Assembly (NCBI GenBank): GCA_965140415.1
Contig: OZ223209.1
Location: forward strand, 2,080,001 to 2,144,000
Direction of reading: 5' to 3'
DNA length: 64,000 bases
From: Myxococcota bacterium
Lineage (GTDB): Bacteria; Myxococcota_A; SURF-8
Shown here: one piece after another, positions 46,436 to 56,340 of the stretch
Layout of the letters: each line of letters starts with the position of its first letter
How positions within the stretch are numbered: position 1 is the stretch's first letter
The notes under the pieces: generated by a model
Databases searched by the model: none
Seen by the model: the letters and a program-made list of their open reading frames with translations, nothing else
What the model was told of the DNA's origin: nothing
Made by a program: the position numbers and the translations under genes

Positions 46436-46675
46436 TTACAGGGGGCGTACTTGTTCACCGCAGAGGACATCAAGTAAGCTTTCGCGAGTTACAAATAGTC
46501 TCCCACCGATTCTTCGAATATCCAGCCCCAATTGACGTTTATAGGAACTGCCATGGTTGTATATATCTTGCCGTGAAATAACTTTACCGGATGCATTTTC
46601 GGCCTGTTTAGGGGTCAATAGCGGTGGGAACTCTTTTAGAATATCCAGCCAGTCAGATTTTAATTTGTCGATCAT
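46436..46675 (-). CDS. Small HTH protein, candidate excisionase/recombination directionality factor
   Basis: 79 aa; LLTPKQA...ISRQDIYN...RRIGGRLFVTRESL resembles MerR-type Xis; 12 nt upstream of the integrase. Confidence 0.65.
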   Translation of the reverse strand: MIDKLKSDWLDILKEFPPLLTPKQAENASGKVISRQDIYNHGSSYKRQLGLDIRRIGGRLFVTRESLLDVLCGEQVRPL

Positions 46676-46967
46676 CGTTTTGCCTTTGAGGAATGTGAAT
46701 AAATATAATTTGGAACAATCATGATAACGTTCCCTTACTTTTTACTTTACCCAGCGAAATCAAACTAAATTCGAAAAAAATGGAAAAACATTACAATCTC
46801 GCAAATTGTTTAACTCATTGAAATTGCTTTAAATTGTTTATACACCAGAGTTGAGGTAATTTAAAGTCATATGTTTTTGCTTTTTGAAAGATCACGCATT
46901 TTTACAGAAACCGGATGTGCCAATTAGATACCTATCATCCACATACAGTAGTAGGAGGTAACGTATT

Positions 46968-47312
46968 ATGCAGACTAATAAACTGGAACTGGAATACAAC
47001 TGCGCCGGTTTGAGCCTAGATAAGACAATGAATACCCTCATCCAGATCATCAAGCGGGACGATCCTAAGGGCAGATTGCATCTTATAGAGATGGTTATTG
47101 CGAAGGTAACAGCGGTTCAGAATCTGGATGTCATACTACTGCCAGAGGATATTCGAGAGCGGGTCCAGCATCTGTTTGACCATATTACGGAAGAGATAGA
47201 ATTCGGGGATTATACAAGATCCGAGGCCCATGAGCTACTCGGCATCGTCACTTCGGCGGTATCGAACCTCATGTCCATCATGGATGAACGGTTAAATGAT
47301 AATCACAGATAA
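46968..47312 (+). CDS. Hypothetical protein
   Basis: 114-aa ORF with a strong AGGAGG RBS. Confidence 0.6.
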   Translation: MQTNKLELEYNCAGLSLDKTMNTLIQIIKRDDPKGRLHLIEMVIAKVTAVQNLDVILLPEDIRERVQHLFDHITEEIEFGDYTRSEAHELLGIVTSAVSNLMSIMDERLNDNHR

Positions 47313-47974
47313 TCAGCATCGCTATCCAGATCATCCCCATCGCAAGCACCATCAATGCCACTGATACACGCGAATGTTCGTGCTGTAAGATGAGGTGTAG
47401 CCCCCATAATGGACTCTGGCCACGATTCCGAGAATACGTAATCCAATGAAATCAAACCGCATTTAACGAGCCTCTGCACCATGTCCCTACCATCGGACCA
47501 ACTCTCAAGGTTTTTAGGGGTCGTGATAATCGTCAGAATGTCCTCGACGCTCAGGGGCACCATATGCCCTAGGTCGGCCACGGCCCGATTCATCATCAAA
47601 GGTGAGATGCCAGCGATAGTCAACAGGGTTAATAGCATCCGTTCATTACCGGTGAGGGAGTGTATGGATTCTAATTGCTGGATACCCAAATGATGATCGC
47701 CGTAGGTGCTGCGGGTGATGGATAAGCGGCCATCGATGCTGTCCCGAATGTGTTGCTCGGTGGTGATGGCTTTGTCCAATAGCAATTGGAGGTTGTCTGT
47801 CTGGACCTTACGGGATTCTCCGACGATGGTTCGGTTCTCTGTTTGCGCTTCGGGTGAGGTCAGATCCCGAAGACGGATCTGGATATACAACCGGTTGCAG
47901 CGGGCGGTGAGATATTCGACCTCTGCTTGTAAATATTCGAGGTCGCTGTCGAAAGGAATTTTGTTGGTTTTCAT
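47303..47974 (-). CDS. Hypothetical protein resembling the helical/winged-helix N-terminal region of some AAA ATPases, without an ATPase domain
   Basis: GGAGAG RBS; F.SDLEYLQAE...L.QL...HSL...ER.LL.L pattern; no Walker A. Confidence 0.5.
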   Translation of the reverse strand: MKTNKIPFDSDLEYLQAEVEYLTARCNRLYIQIRLRDLTSPEAQTENRTIVGESRKVQTDNLQLLLDKAITTEQHIRDSIDGRLSITRSTYGDHHLGIQQLESIHSLTGNERMLLTLLTIAGISPLMMNRAVADLGHMVPLSVEDILTIITTPKNLESWSDGRDMVQRLVKCGLISLDYVFSESWPESIMGATPHLTARTFACISGIDGACDGDDLDSDADYL

Positions 47975-48082
47975 GGTAAACTCTCCATGTTTGATCAAGA
48001 AATAGTTGTTTAAATACGTGTACTTAGTGTTATTACACTGGAATCAGGAGAGTTAAAAGAAAAAGTGGCCGGAAAAATTCAT

Positions 48083-51000
48083 TCAACCATCCGTACCGGT
48101 GGTCTTAAGAATTTCAATAATGTTTATCTCGATGTTTTCCTCGTTCTCCACAATGACAGGTGGCGGGCTTTCAAGCGAATCAAAGTGGACCACTCTGTCA
48201 CCTCGTATGACTTTGTTCATTCGTTTACTCCACGTCATCATTTGTTCCCAATGCTCGATGTCCAGGTTGTAAATCATAGGGCGGGCGGTCTTACCATTCA
48301 CCGTGACAGATTTCTGTTCTGAATGAGTTTTTAATCCAAAAAATTGGAAACACTTCCCGAGTACCGCCACCGGGTTGGACTCTAGTTGTTTCATATTGAT
48401 GCCGGTCCCCTGCAAGGCATAAAGTGCATTCGGGACTTTCCCCATGACCCGGTTCACCCGCTCTATGCCGCCACCGGCAACCAGCGAGTGCTTATTCCAT
48501 TGGATTGTTAGGGATGGATGCAAAGGGGCCGGATCAAATATATATAGGATATTATCTCTTGGTACCGCCCCTTTGCAGTTGGGTAATGTATTGTTATCAT
48601 TAGATAATAAGGGTGCAAATAGGCTATCCGCAAATTCTTTACAAAGTAGGGTCTGTATGATCGCTTTTACCAACACCATCCTAAGTGTGTGAGCCTTGGA
48701 ATGCGCTCGATAGCCAGTCAGCATTGTCATCTGATCCTGATAGGTAGCTGCGTCACGTAATCGATCCATCATTAATCCGCATTGAATGATCCGCATGATC
48801 TTTTTGGAAAGATTCCGGTCTTTGTCCATCAGTACCAGATCGGCATCCACTTCTCCGAAAAATCCTAGGATCCTCGCCCGTTCCACTTCCAACTTTTCCT
48901 CCGGTGTTTTCTCTCGTTTGATTTTCAGTTTCCCATACTCATCCAAGGTCAATGGCTCAGCCATTGCAATCGATATGGCATATTCCTTGTCAGTTTGGTT
49001 TCTCAGATCCTGTATTTCTCTGCGGATCCATCGCCGGTTTGCATCCGAGGTAGGTGTTGCTTCGCTTTGTTTCGCCCCCTTTGATTCCCACCACCACTTC
49101 CAAACAGCGGGAACATTATGCCAACCCTTTCGTCTATAAAGTTCAGCCGATATGGAAAATCTGAAATGTGCGCTATCATCTACGTCATAGACAGGTTTCC
49201 CGCCCTTCATTAAAAACCGTCCTGCAAACCTGCTTGTATGATGATGGACGGACAATAATTGTTTTTCAACGTCCTTCAGGTTAAGAGGCTGATAATTACG
49301 AAATCCGGGGCTAATCCAATAGTGAATGGTTTTCATCTCACGGCAACGATGCCGCATCTGTAGCAGGGTACGGACATTCATCCCCGCCACCCTTTCGCCG
49401 ATAAAAAACAGGTGATCGAATCTGTCTGATGGATCCGATGGATCGTAGCTGATACCTGTATCCAACGTGGGTGTATACATCAATAGATCCACCTCTTTCC
49501 AGTGCTCTCCCACATTCGAAAGCATCTTTCGAGTGCTGTCATCCGTCTCTTTATGATAGGCAAGGATGGCTATGGGTCTGCTCTCACCCGAGGTTTTGTC
49601 GGTAATATCGAAAAACCATTTTCTGAAAAACCTCTCTAGACCTTTCAAGTACTCCTTTGAGGTGCAGGCAACGACACAGCGCTCACCGGCATTCAATTTC
49701 TGGATAACCTGATAGACGATATCCTCTTTCTTTTTATATTCGATGCTCTCATGGTCATCGAGGGGGATGCTATGTTGAATTACATCAATGTCCTGATCGG
49801 TAAGACCCGCCATGTCCCGAATCACATTTTCAGTGAAATCCGATGCGAAACCATCCGTAGCAATGATTCTTCCTCCACTCATCACCGAGGCTTTCAGTAA
49901 TAGACTCAAATGATCATATACTTCGCCAGTATTGGCTCTATACCCCCGTGCGCTCTTCGGGATTGTCCCACCGTCCATATGCAACATGACACTTTCAGAT
50001 TCTTCAATGATTACAAGATCAAATCCATTACCAACCCATTGATCATTCTCATATCGGATTGGAGGGATACGTGTGATTGAATCCAGACAGATCACAACAC
50101 GATCCTCGATAATGTCTCCCTCTTGCAAGTCCTGATAGCATACCAATCCAAATTCTTTTGAAAGGGATCGTGCCAGCGATACCCTGTGGACGATAGCGAG
50201 GATTCTTTTATGCTGTGGATTGTCTTGAATCAGCTTCTGCAATTGGTAGGTTTTACCGGTGCCGGTATCAGCGGCAATAATGGTAAACGCTTTCTGCAAA
50301 TTGATGGGGGGCAGATACCGAGAGCATGATGCCAGATGCGAGGACGGGGGAGCCTTGATGGAATATTGATCGGCATCGGATACAAACCAGAATTCTTCAC
50401 AGCTAAAACAATGAATAAAGGGAGAACCATTGGGAGTAAGCCCCAAAGATGCGGATGGCGTGTTCGTATTCATATGAAATGGGCAGAATACGGACAAGGT
50501 GCTCCCCCCCGCTGTCAGACTGGATGCAGCTTGTTCAACAGTGGTGGTTGTCCCATCTGCCAGTCTGACAGGTGTGGAACCGGGGATACTTTCTCCCTTT
50601 GTATTTATTGGGTTACTTCCGGTTTTCTCAGCCTTTACATGTGACGGACTCCTCCTGCTATCATCTAGCAGATCTGCAAGTTCGCGCTGTTCATCATTAA
50701 TAGTAAGGTTCTTCCGTAATGTCTTAGCCAAATCAAGACATTCCATCCCCCGCTCGGTCTCATTGGTTTTTGATGCAACCTTTTCCATTCTCTCCGCTTC
50801 GGATATCGCATCAAAGGCCAGATCAACATCCGTAACGCCCCGTGCGGCAAGGAGAGATTGTAATTTTTGCAGAAATACTTCTGGTGGGTAGGGATGATTT
50901 TGGGCATAAAGGGATGTCTGGATGCGGACTGGACCGGTTTCCTCATGATAGGAATTGTATCCAAGGACACCGGATGTTCTCATCAACCGATCCGGGTTGG

Positions 51001-51646
51001 TAATCCTAGAATCCGAACCGAACACAACCACTAAGTGGCGCTGTATATCATCAAACAGCTTTACGTCATCCTCAACCCCCATATCCAATAGCCGATCTGA
51101 TACAAAGAATCCATGTACGCTCTTTCCCGGTACCACCCGTTCCGGTTGAACCTGAGCCGCCTTTATGGATTCTTCTCGCCTGTCCCCCGAAAGAGTAAGC
51201 AGGGTTGGTAATAAACCCGTGGCAGCTACGAATTCATTGATGGATTGAATTTGGGACTCGATACTTGCATGATCCGCCTCAAAAGGAAAAGCGGACACAT
51301 ACCTTATATGAGACTTGGATAATCCTGCTCGATATTTAATTGCCGTATCACCGACCTCATTATATCGGCTTCTGACATCCAATGGATCGTAGAGGTTGCC
51401 GCAGAAATAGTGTCCGGTCAAACCGGGCAGATGACCGAACCAAAACAGGAGGTCTCCATTCTTGGATATCGCCGAGTTACCTTTTGGATCGGTCCCGAAA
51501 TATTTTATTTTATTCCTCAGATGCCGGTACAGTTCCGTGAATGCGGTCTCTGGTGAGATCGCCCCGAAAATGGGCAGGTTATCAGGATCAATAAGTTTCG
51601 ATTGAGTAATACTTTGGCTATTATTCTGGGTATTATAGATAGACAT
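48083..51646 (-). CDS. Replication protein: RepB/AEP-like primase, CHC2-like Zn finger and SF2 origin-binding-type helicase
   Basis: FEAD, GKSVHGFF, DSRITNPDRLMR; CPFH...CFSC; Walker A ADTGTGKT, HRVSLA, VICLDSI, LVIIEESE, YTPTLDTGIS, QMRHRCR. Confidence 0.8.
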   Translation of the reverse strand: MSIYNTQNNSQSITQSKLIDPDNLPIFGAISPETAFTELYRHLRNKIKYFGTDPKGNSAISKNGDLLFWFGHLPGLTGHYFCGNLYDPLDVRSRYNEVGDTAIKYRAGLSKSHIRYVSAFPFEADHASIESQIQSINEFVAATGLLPTLLTLSGDRREESIKAAQVQPERVVPGKSVHGFFVSDRLLDMGVEDDVKLFDDIQRHLVVVFGSDSRITNPDRLMRTSGVLGYNSYHEETGPVRIQTSLYAQNHPYPPEVFLQKLQSLLAARGVTDVDLAFDAISEAERMEKVASKTNETERGMECLDLAKTLRKNLTINDEQRELADLLDDSRRSPSHVKAEKTGSNPINTKGESIPGSTPVRLADGTTTTVEQAASSLTAGGSTLSVFCPFHMNTNTPSASLGLTPNGSPFIHCFSCEEFWFVSDADQYSIKAPPSSHLASCSRYLPPINLQKAFTIIAADTGTGKTYQLQKLIQDNPQHKRILAIVHRVSLARSLSKEFGLVCYQDLQEGDIIEDRVVICLDSITRIPPIRYENDQWVGNGFDLVIIEESESVMLHMDGGTIPKSARGYRANTGEVYDHLSLLLKASVMSGGRIIATDGFASDFTENVIRDMAGLTDQDIDVIQHSIPLDDHESIEYKKKEDIVYQVIQKLNAGERCVVACTSKEYLKGLERFFRKWFFDITDKTSGESRPIAILAYHKETDDSTRKMLSNVGEHWKEVDLLMYTPTLDTGISYDPSDPSDRFDHLFFIGERVAGMNVRTLLQMRHRCREMKTIHYWISPGFRNYQPLNLKDVEKQLLSVHHHTSRFAGRFLMKGGKPVYDVDDSAHFRFSISAELYRRKGWHNVPAVWKWWWESKGAKQSEATPTSDANRRWIRREIQDLRNQTDKEYAISIAMAEPLTLDEYGKLKIKREKTPEEKLEVERARILGFFGEVDADLVLMDKDRNLSKKIMRIIQCGLMMDRLRDAATYQDQMTMLTGYRAHSKAHTLRMVLVKAIIQTLLCKEFADSLFAPLLSNDNNTLPNCKGAVPRDNILYIFDPAPLHPSLTIQWNKHSLVAGGGIERVNRVMGKVPNALYALQGTGINMKQLESNPVAVLGKCFQFFGLKTHSEQKSVTVNGKTARPMIYNLDIEHWEQMMTWSKRMNKVIRGDRVVHFDSLESPPPVIVENEENIEINIIEILKTTGTDG

Positions 51647-51713
51647 TAGATTTAAGTTTCTCTCTGTAAAGCCCCTGCCTGATATGTGGACATCAGGTGG
51701 GGGCGAATTGCTT

Positions 51714-51947
51714 CTAGTTCATGTTTTTCAAAGCTTCAATAACTGCATCCACCTCGAATCGAATTGTTTTTACGCCGATTCGGATTACTGGAATTCGTCC
51801 CTCGGTGGCCATTTGTAGCACCGTCTTCCTGCTAATCTTTAGCAGTTGCCCCATTACTCTTGCATCCACAAGTTCACAGTGATCAATTCGATCCATCTCG
51901 TTTGCTTCCGTCATGTTCATCTTTGAAACCTCCATATAAAAGTTCAT
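51714..51947 (-). CDS. Excisionase/AlpA-like HTH DNA-binding protein
   Basis: LVDA..MGQLLKISRKTV..MA.EGRIP.IRIG..TIRF; directly upstream of the rep gene; start may be a downstream Met. Confidence 0.8.
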   Translation of the reverse strand: MNFYMEVSKMNMTEANEMDRIDHCELVDARVMGQLLKISRKTVLQMATEGRIPVIRIGVKTIRFEVDAVIEALKNMN

Positions 51948-52425
51948 AAATCATCCACCATCCATAGAGATGGCGCATACCGAATAGCGGGGATTGGTTA
52001 ATCCAACCCCGCCATTATTAATACCCATAAAATTTAATGAATAACCGAGGTGAGATGCTAAAAAACATCAATCCGGCGAAAAAAACGTGACCAAAAAAAA
52101 CCGAAGCGAAACCGTAAAACCAACCCTAGCACTTCCGCATAATCCGATATTCCATAATGATGACATATAGTTACTGATAGTCTATTAGGGGATGAATGCG
52201 GGCGCTTCGCATCGGTTAGGGATTGGTACCGATTCATAAAGTATTTTCAGAAATATTTTTCATGGGAGGAAAAAGGGTACCAATATAGGTTGCCTCTAGG
52301 GGACTTGCAGTTGGATACACGATCCCGGTGGCCAAGACTTCCCCTATATATATAATGATAGGCTGAAACCATGCAGTCCGATCCACAAACCCCTGTTAGC
52401 CATAGCAAGGGCTCTACCACTCTTT

Positions 52426-52457
52426 AAACCTCAGATTTTGTTTCAAATCTGAGGTTT
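52426..52457. repeat. Perfect 13-bp inverted repeat
   Basis: AAACCTCAGATTT-TGTTTC-AAATCTGAGGTTT. Confidence 0.8.
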
Positions 52458-52719
52458 TCTTTGCTAGAATTTATTCGTCCATAGCAGACCTGATTCCATC
52501 CCGCCCCGTGGGACTGACGGACTGACTACCCGTGATCGGATGAATCGGAGAGGTTGTGGACAGACAAACAGCCAAGCTCGACGCGCACCCATATGCGCTC
52601 GTGCTAGTCACACGTGCGCCTCTAGGGCGGGGCGCATGGAATGGGCTTGGCTGGTTCTGTGTTGCCCCGTTATTGTTTTATGGGGCACTTACCAATCCAT
52701 TGCTGCCTGGGGTGTCGTC

Positions 52720-55335
52720 ATGAAAAGTATTTTCTTCATTTCTCTTGCAATATTAGTTCTAAACGGATGCAGCTCATCATTATCAACATCCTCACATTAT
52801 TCAGATGGAGATGAATGTTCTACAGGCTCACTCGGTTGCCCCTGTTACGGTAACGGCACCTGTGATAATGACCTCTCCTGCGTGGACGACACTTGTGTAG
52901 ATCCGACAAACCTTGATGGTGATCTGGATTATGATCATGAATCCTATGCCGATGCTGAGAATGTATTAGACAGTGATACCGATAATCTACTGTGTGTGAG
53001 TGGAGAATGTTGTCAAGACGGCCTCCCTGTACCAACTGGTGAACCCTGTCTTACCGGGCAGGATTCATTAGATTGTACCGATGATGTTTGCAATGCCAAT
53101 CATGCCTGTGTTCACAACCTGCAAGAAGGAAAATGTCTGATTCAAAATATCTGTTATGACTCCAACGAGGATAATCCATCGAATTTCTGTCAATATTGTG
53201 ATCCGTTGGACAATCCCAACGAATGGCAGAATAAACAGGATTCTCTTTCCTGTGATGATGGGGATCATTGCTCAACAGCTAGCGTATGTCAGAACGGATT
53301 TTGTACCGCTACAGAATGGGTGGAGAATGATTGTTCTGTATATATGGAATGCGGTCTAAGCCCCTCCGGTTGTTATAACTGCGGAACTTGCGATGCGGAA
53401 ACACAGATTTGTTGGGAGTGTGATTCAACGATTCAATCGTGCTGGCCAGGAGAGGGAATCGATACACAGGTTTGTGCACCAGACAAAGGAGGATCGTGTG
53501 GGGATATGAGTGGCTTGCAGGAAGGGAGCCCTTGGCCGATGTGGACAGGAAGCCCAACCAACCAGTCCCGGTCTTTATTTGTTGGTCCACAAACCCCTGT
53601 TCTTAAATGGGTTCTTTCATCAGATCAATGTGATAATTGCTATCGAAGCACAGTTATTGGAAATGATGGAACTTTGTACTCAAACCTAAATGATTTATAT
53701 GCACTGAATCCCAACGGTACTGTAAAATGGGTTTATTCGTTTGATTCTATTTCCGCAACATGTCCAGCAATAGCTGCAAACGGGGATATTTTAGCGGCTC
53801 AACCGGGAGAGATAGTTTCCGTATCGAGATTTGGAAAATTAAATTGGTCGTTTTCTGCAGGAGGCGATCATGCTGCTGGGATATCTATTGGTGAGGATGG
53901 AACAGTTTATGCCTGTGGTGGTGGAGGCAGCTCAAATATTTATGCCATTTACCCTGATGGTTCAGAAAGATGGACATACAACACAGGTGGACATACATGG
54001 GGAGTTCCTGTACTTTCCCCTGATGGAACCATTTATACAACTACACAAAGCCACAATCGAATTATTGCATTGAATCTAGACGGAGAACGTATTTGGCAAA
54101 GGGACAACGATGGATATTCCCATCTCGTTTCGCTTGGGTATGATGGAACAATATACTCGCCTCAAGCTGGAGGTATATTAAGGGCTTTGGAACCCGGGAA
54201 TGGTGATACAAAATGGATTACTCGATTAGAAGAAAGTCCTGGTGGACTTGGAGCAATAGGAAATGATGGAACAATCTATTCGGCAACGAGAAACGGTGGG
54301 GGAATGTACGCCATTCATCCCGATGGACAAATTAAATGGAAAAATGAAGAGTTAAAGGATGCCTATTCCTCGATAAGTGTAGACTCTGATGGCAATTCCT
54401 ATGTAGGCACTCAAGAGGGAAAAATTTATGTTTTCGATGTTGCGGGTAATACCAAGTGGTCCTATCAGACAGAGGCCCCCATTCGAAGCATACCTTCTAT
54501 TGATATGGAAGGAACTCTCTATTTTTCAAACGATAGGGCTTTATATGCATTCCAAGACGGTTGCACTCCCAACGAATCATGGTGTGGTGCGGACAACCTC
54601 TATACCTGTAACGAAACCGGGGATGGCTTGGCTGGCGATCCGGTAGATTGTCCCGGTGGATGCAACTGGGGAAGTTGCATGGATAAAGGGTCTATGCTTT
54701 CAGAAATTCGATATCACGGAGCAAGCATTCCCGTTTCCGATTCCATTGGATTTGACAGTCTGAATTTGACGATAGAATTTTGGCTGAAAACCGGATACCC
54801 CAAAACAATTCTTTACAAGGGCGAATATTTCAGAGACTCAACCAATTACACGGTTCGATTGCTAGATTGTGCCGATGATGATTCTTGTAATCTATTCTTT
54901 GGGATGCGTTACGAAGGGGTTGACTATTCATGGAGGGCACCGGTAGAAAAAGACCAAACGGTCTGGAGACATTTTGCTGTTGTGGCTGACAATGAAAGTC
55001 AGAGTCTGAAAATGTTTATGAATGGTAGTGAGCTTACATTAACCGAGTTTCCTGAAAACTGGCCAGCAGGTATGCTTCGAACAAACGAGGCACTAAAGAT
55101 AAATATGCTGGAAGGAATTTACTATATCGACGAACTCCGTATTTCCGATGTCCCACGCTATTCAGAGAATTTCATTCCACCCCTACGTCATGTACCGGAT
55201 GGCAATACCCAATTGCTACTTCACTTTGATGAGGGCACGGGGGATGTAGTCCACGATTCTTCTCCCTATGAGAACCACGGAGAATTGACAGGCAGTGCTT
55301 CTTGGTCGGAGGATGTACCGGGTGGTACGAGATGA
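52720..55335 (+). CDS. Cys-rich lipoprotein with PQQ-like beta-propeller and LamG-like jellyroll domain
   Basis: Lipobox LNGC; Cys-rich repeats; repeated (I)G.DGT(I/L)Y...YA..PDG..KW blades; TIEFWLK...WRHFAVV...IDELRISD. Confidence 0.8.
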   Translation: MKSIFFISLAILVLNGCSSSLSTSSHYSDGDECSTGSLGCPCYGNGTCDNDLSCVDDTCVDPTNLDGDLDYDHESYADAENVLDSDTDNLLCVSGECCQDGLPVPTGEPCLTGQDSLDCTDDVCNANHACVHNLQEGKCLIQNICYDSNEDNPSNFCQYCDPLDNPNEWQNKQDSLSCDDGDHCSTASVCQNGFCTATEWVENDCSVYMECGLSPSGCYNCGTCDAETQICWECDSTIQSCWPGEGIDTQVCAPDKGGSCGDMSGLQEGSPWPMWTGSPTNQSRSLFVGPQTPVLKWVLSSDQCDNCYRSTVIGNDGTLYSNLNDLYALNPNGTVKWVYSFDSISATCPAIAANGDILAAQPGEIVSVSRFGKLNWSFSAGGDHAAGISIGEDGTVYACGGGGSSNIYAIYPDGSERWTYNTGGHTWGVPVLSPDGTIYTTTQSHNRIIALNLDGERIWQRDNDGYSHLVSLGYDGTIYSPQAGGILRALEPGNGDTKWITRLEESPGGLGAIGNDGTIYSATRNGGGMYAIHPDGQIKWKNEELKDAYSSISVDSDGNSYVGTQEGKIYVFDVAGNTKWSYQTEAPIRSIPSIDMEGTLYFSNDRALYAFQDGCTPNESWCGADNLYTCNETGDGLAGDPVDCPGGCNWGSCMDKGSMLSEIRYHGASIPVSDSIGFDSLNLTIEFWLKTGYPKTILYKGEYFRDSTNYTVRLLDCADDDSCNLFFGMRYEGVDYSWRAPVEKDQTVWRHFAVVADNESQSLKMFMNGSELTLTEFPENWPAGMLRTNEALKINMLEGIYYIDELRISDVPRYSENFIPPLRHVPDGNTQLLLHFDEGTGDVVHDSSPYENHGELTGSASWSEDVPGGTR

Positions 55336-55367
55336 AATCAGATGCCGCCCTGTTAAAAATCAAAATC

Positions 55368-55464
55368 CTGAGTTGCGTACAATCCTTGGAACCCGCAACT
55401 CAGCTACCAAGTATCAGATACTTACATCCCCAGATCATGCCCATAGGCGTAGGATGAGTTGCGT
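55368..55464. repeat. Repeat cluster next to the short recombinase (candidate recombination site)
   Basis: CTGAGTTGCG/CGCAACTCAG inverted pair with 16-nt spacer, AAGTATC-A-GATACTT palindrome, third TGAGTTGCGT copy. Confidence 0.6.
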
Positions 55465-55486
55465 CTTTCACATTCTTACTTGAAAT

Positions 55487-56104
55487 CTAACAGGTGATGG
55501 ACTGTACAGCAGTCAGAATGTCATCGGTCGTAGGATGCGTATAGATCGCCGTTGTCGAGGGAGAGGAATGTCGAACAGCGCTTTGTACGAGGCGTAGATC
55601 CCCGGTAGCTCTCCATAAGGCTGTGGCGTATGTGTGCCTAAGGGCATGAAAATTATGAATCCGGTCAAATCCAGATCTCTTCTGCCATCTATGAAACATA
55701 TGCTGGATAGTCCTGACACTGATACGTCCACCGGATTTCTTGCTAGCAGGACCGCCGCCTCTTGATAGAAACAGCGGAGCATTGGGTTCAAGACTCTCAC
55801 CGATGGCTCTCTTATAGGTAATGTACCTTGAAACTTTCCTTCTCAGGCGATCAGGCAGGGCAATCACACCGCCCTTGTTGCCTTTGGTAATCTCCGGTCT
55901 GAGGTTCCAGATACCCCGGACGCCCTTCCCGTTAAGCACATCCCCGATGTTGAGACCTACGATCTCACTCACCCGTAATCCACAGCCTAAAGCAATACTC
56001 AGGATTATATGGTCCCTTATATCAGCCTCAGCCCTTCCGGTTGCCTGCAAGAGAGCCTTTACCTCGGCATCCGTCAATGTGCTTGGTGTTTGGGTATGTC
56101 TCAT
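55487..56104 (-). CDS. Short tyrosine recombinase (catalytic domain only, FimB/FimE-sized)
   Basis: GLRVSE, TKG, FHALRHTYA, VRHSS, IYTH; 205 aa. Confidence 0.9.
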   Translation of the reverse strand: MRHTQTPSTLTDAEVKALLQATGRAEADIRDHIILSIALGCGLRVSEIVGLNIGDVLNGKGVRGIWNLRPEITKGNKGGVIALPDRLRRKVSRYITYKRAIGESLEPNAPLFLSRGGGPASKKSGGRISVRTIQHMFHRWQKRSGFDRIHNFHALRHTYATALWRATGDLRLVQSAVRHSSPSTTAIYTHPTTDDILTAVQSITC

Positions 56105-56340
56105 GTGCTGCCTTTCAGATGATCCCTCTATATATAGTTACACCAATATACTCACAATTTAAAGTATTATTTTAAAGCCATACACCAATAGCTCGTAACC
56201 GCAGGGTAAACCCAATGATCGGGGACCCGACCCCCAAAATCACCAATTTAGTCTCCACCCATTTTCTCTCTATCGATTTTGAAACGGTCCCCACCATCGG
56301 TATAGGCTTTATAGGAATGGTCTTGATAGGAGGTACTATT

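Noticed and set aside
52540-52719. 60-aa N-terminal extension of the cargo lipoprotein
   Set aside because: The signal peptide and lipobox begin at the ATG at 52720.
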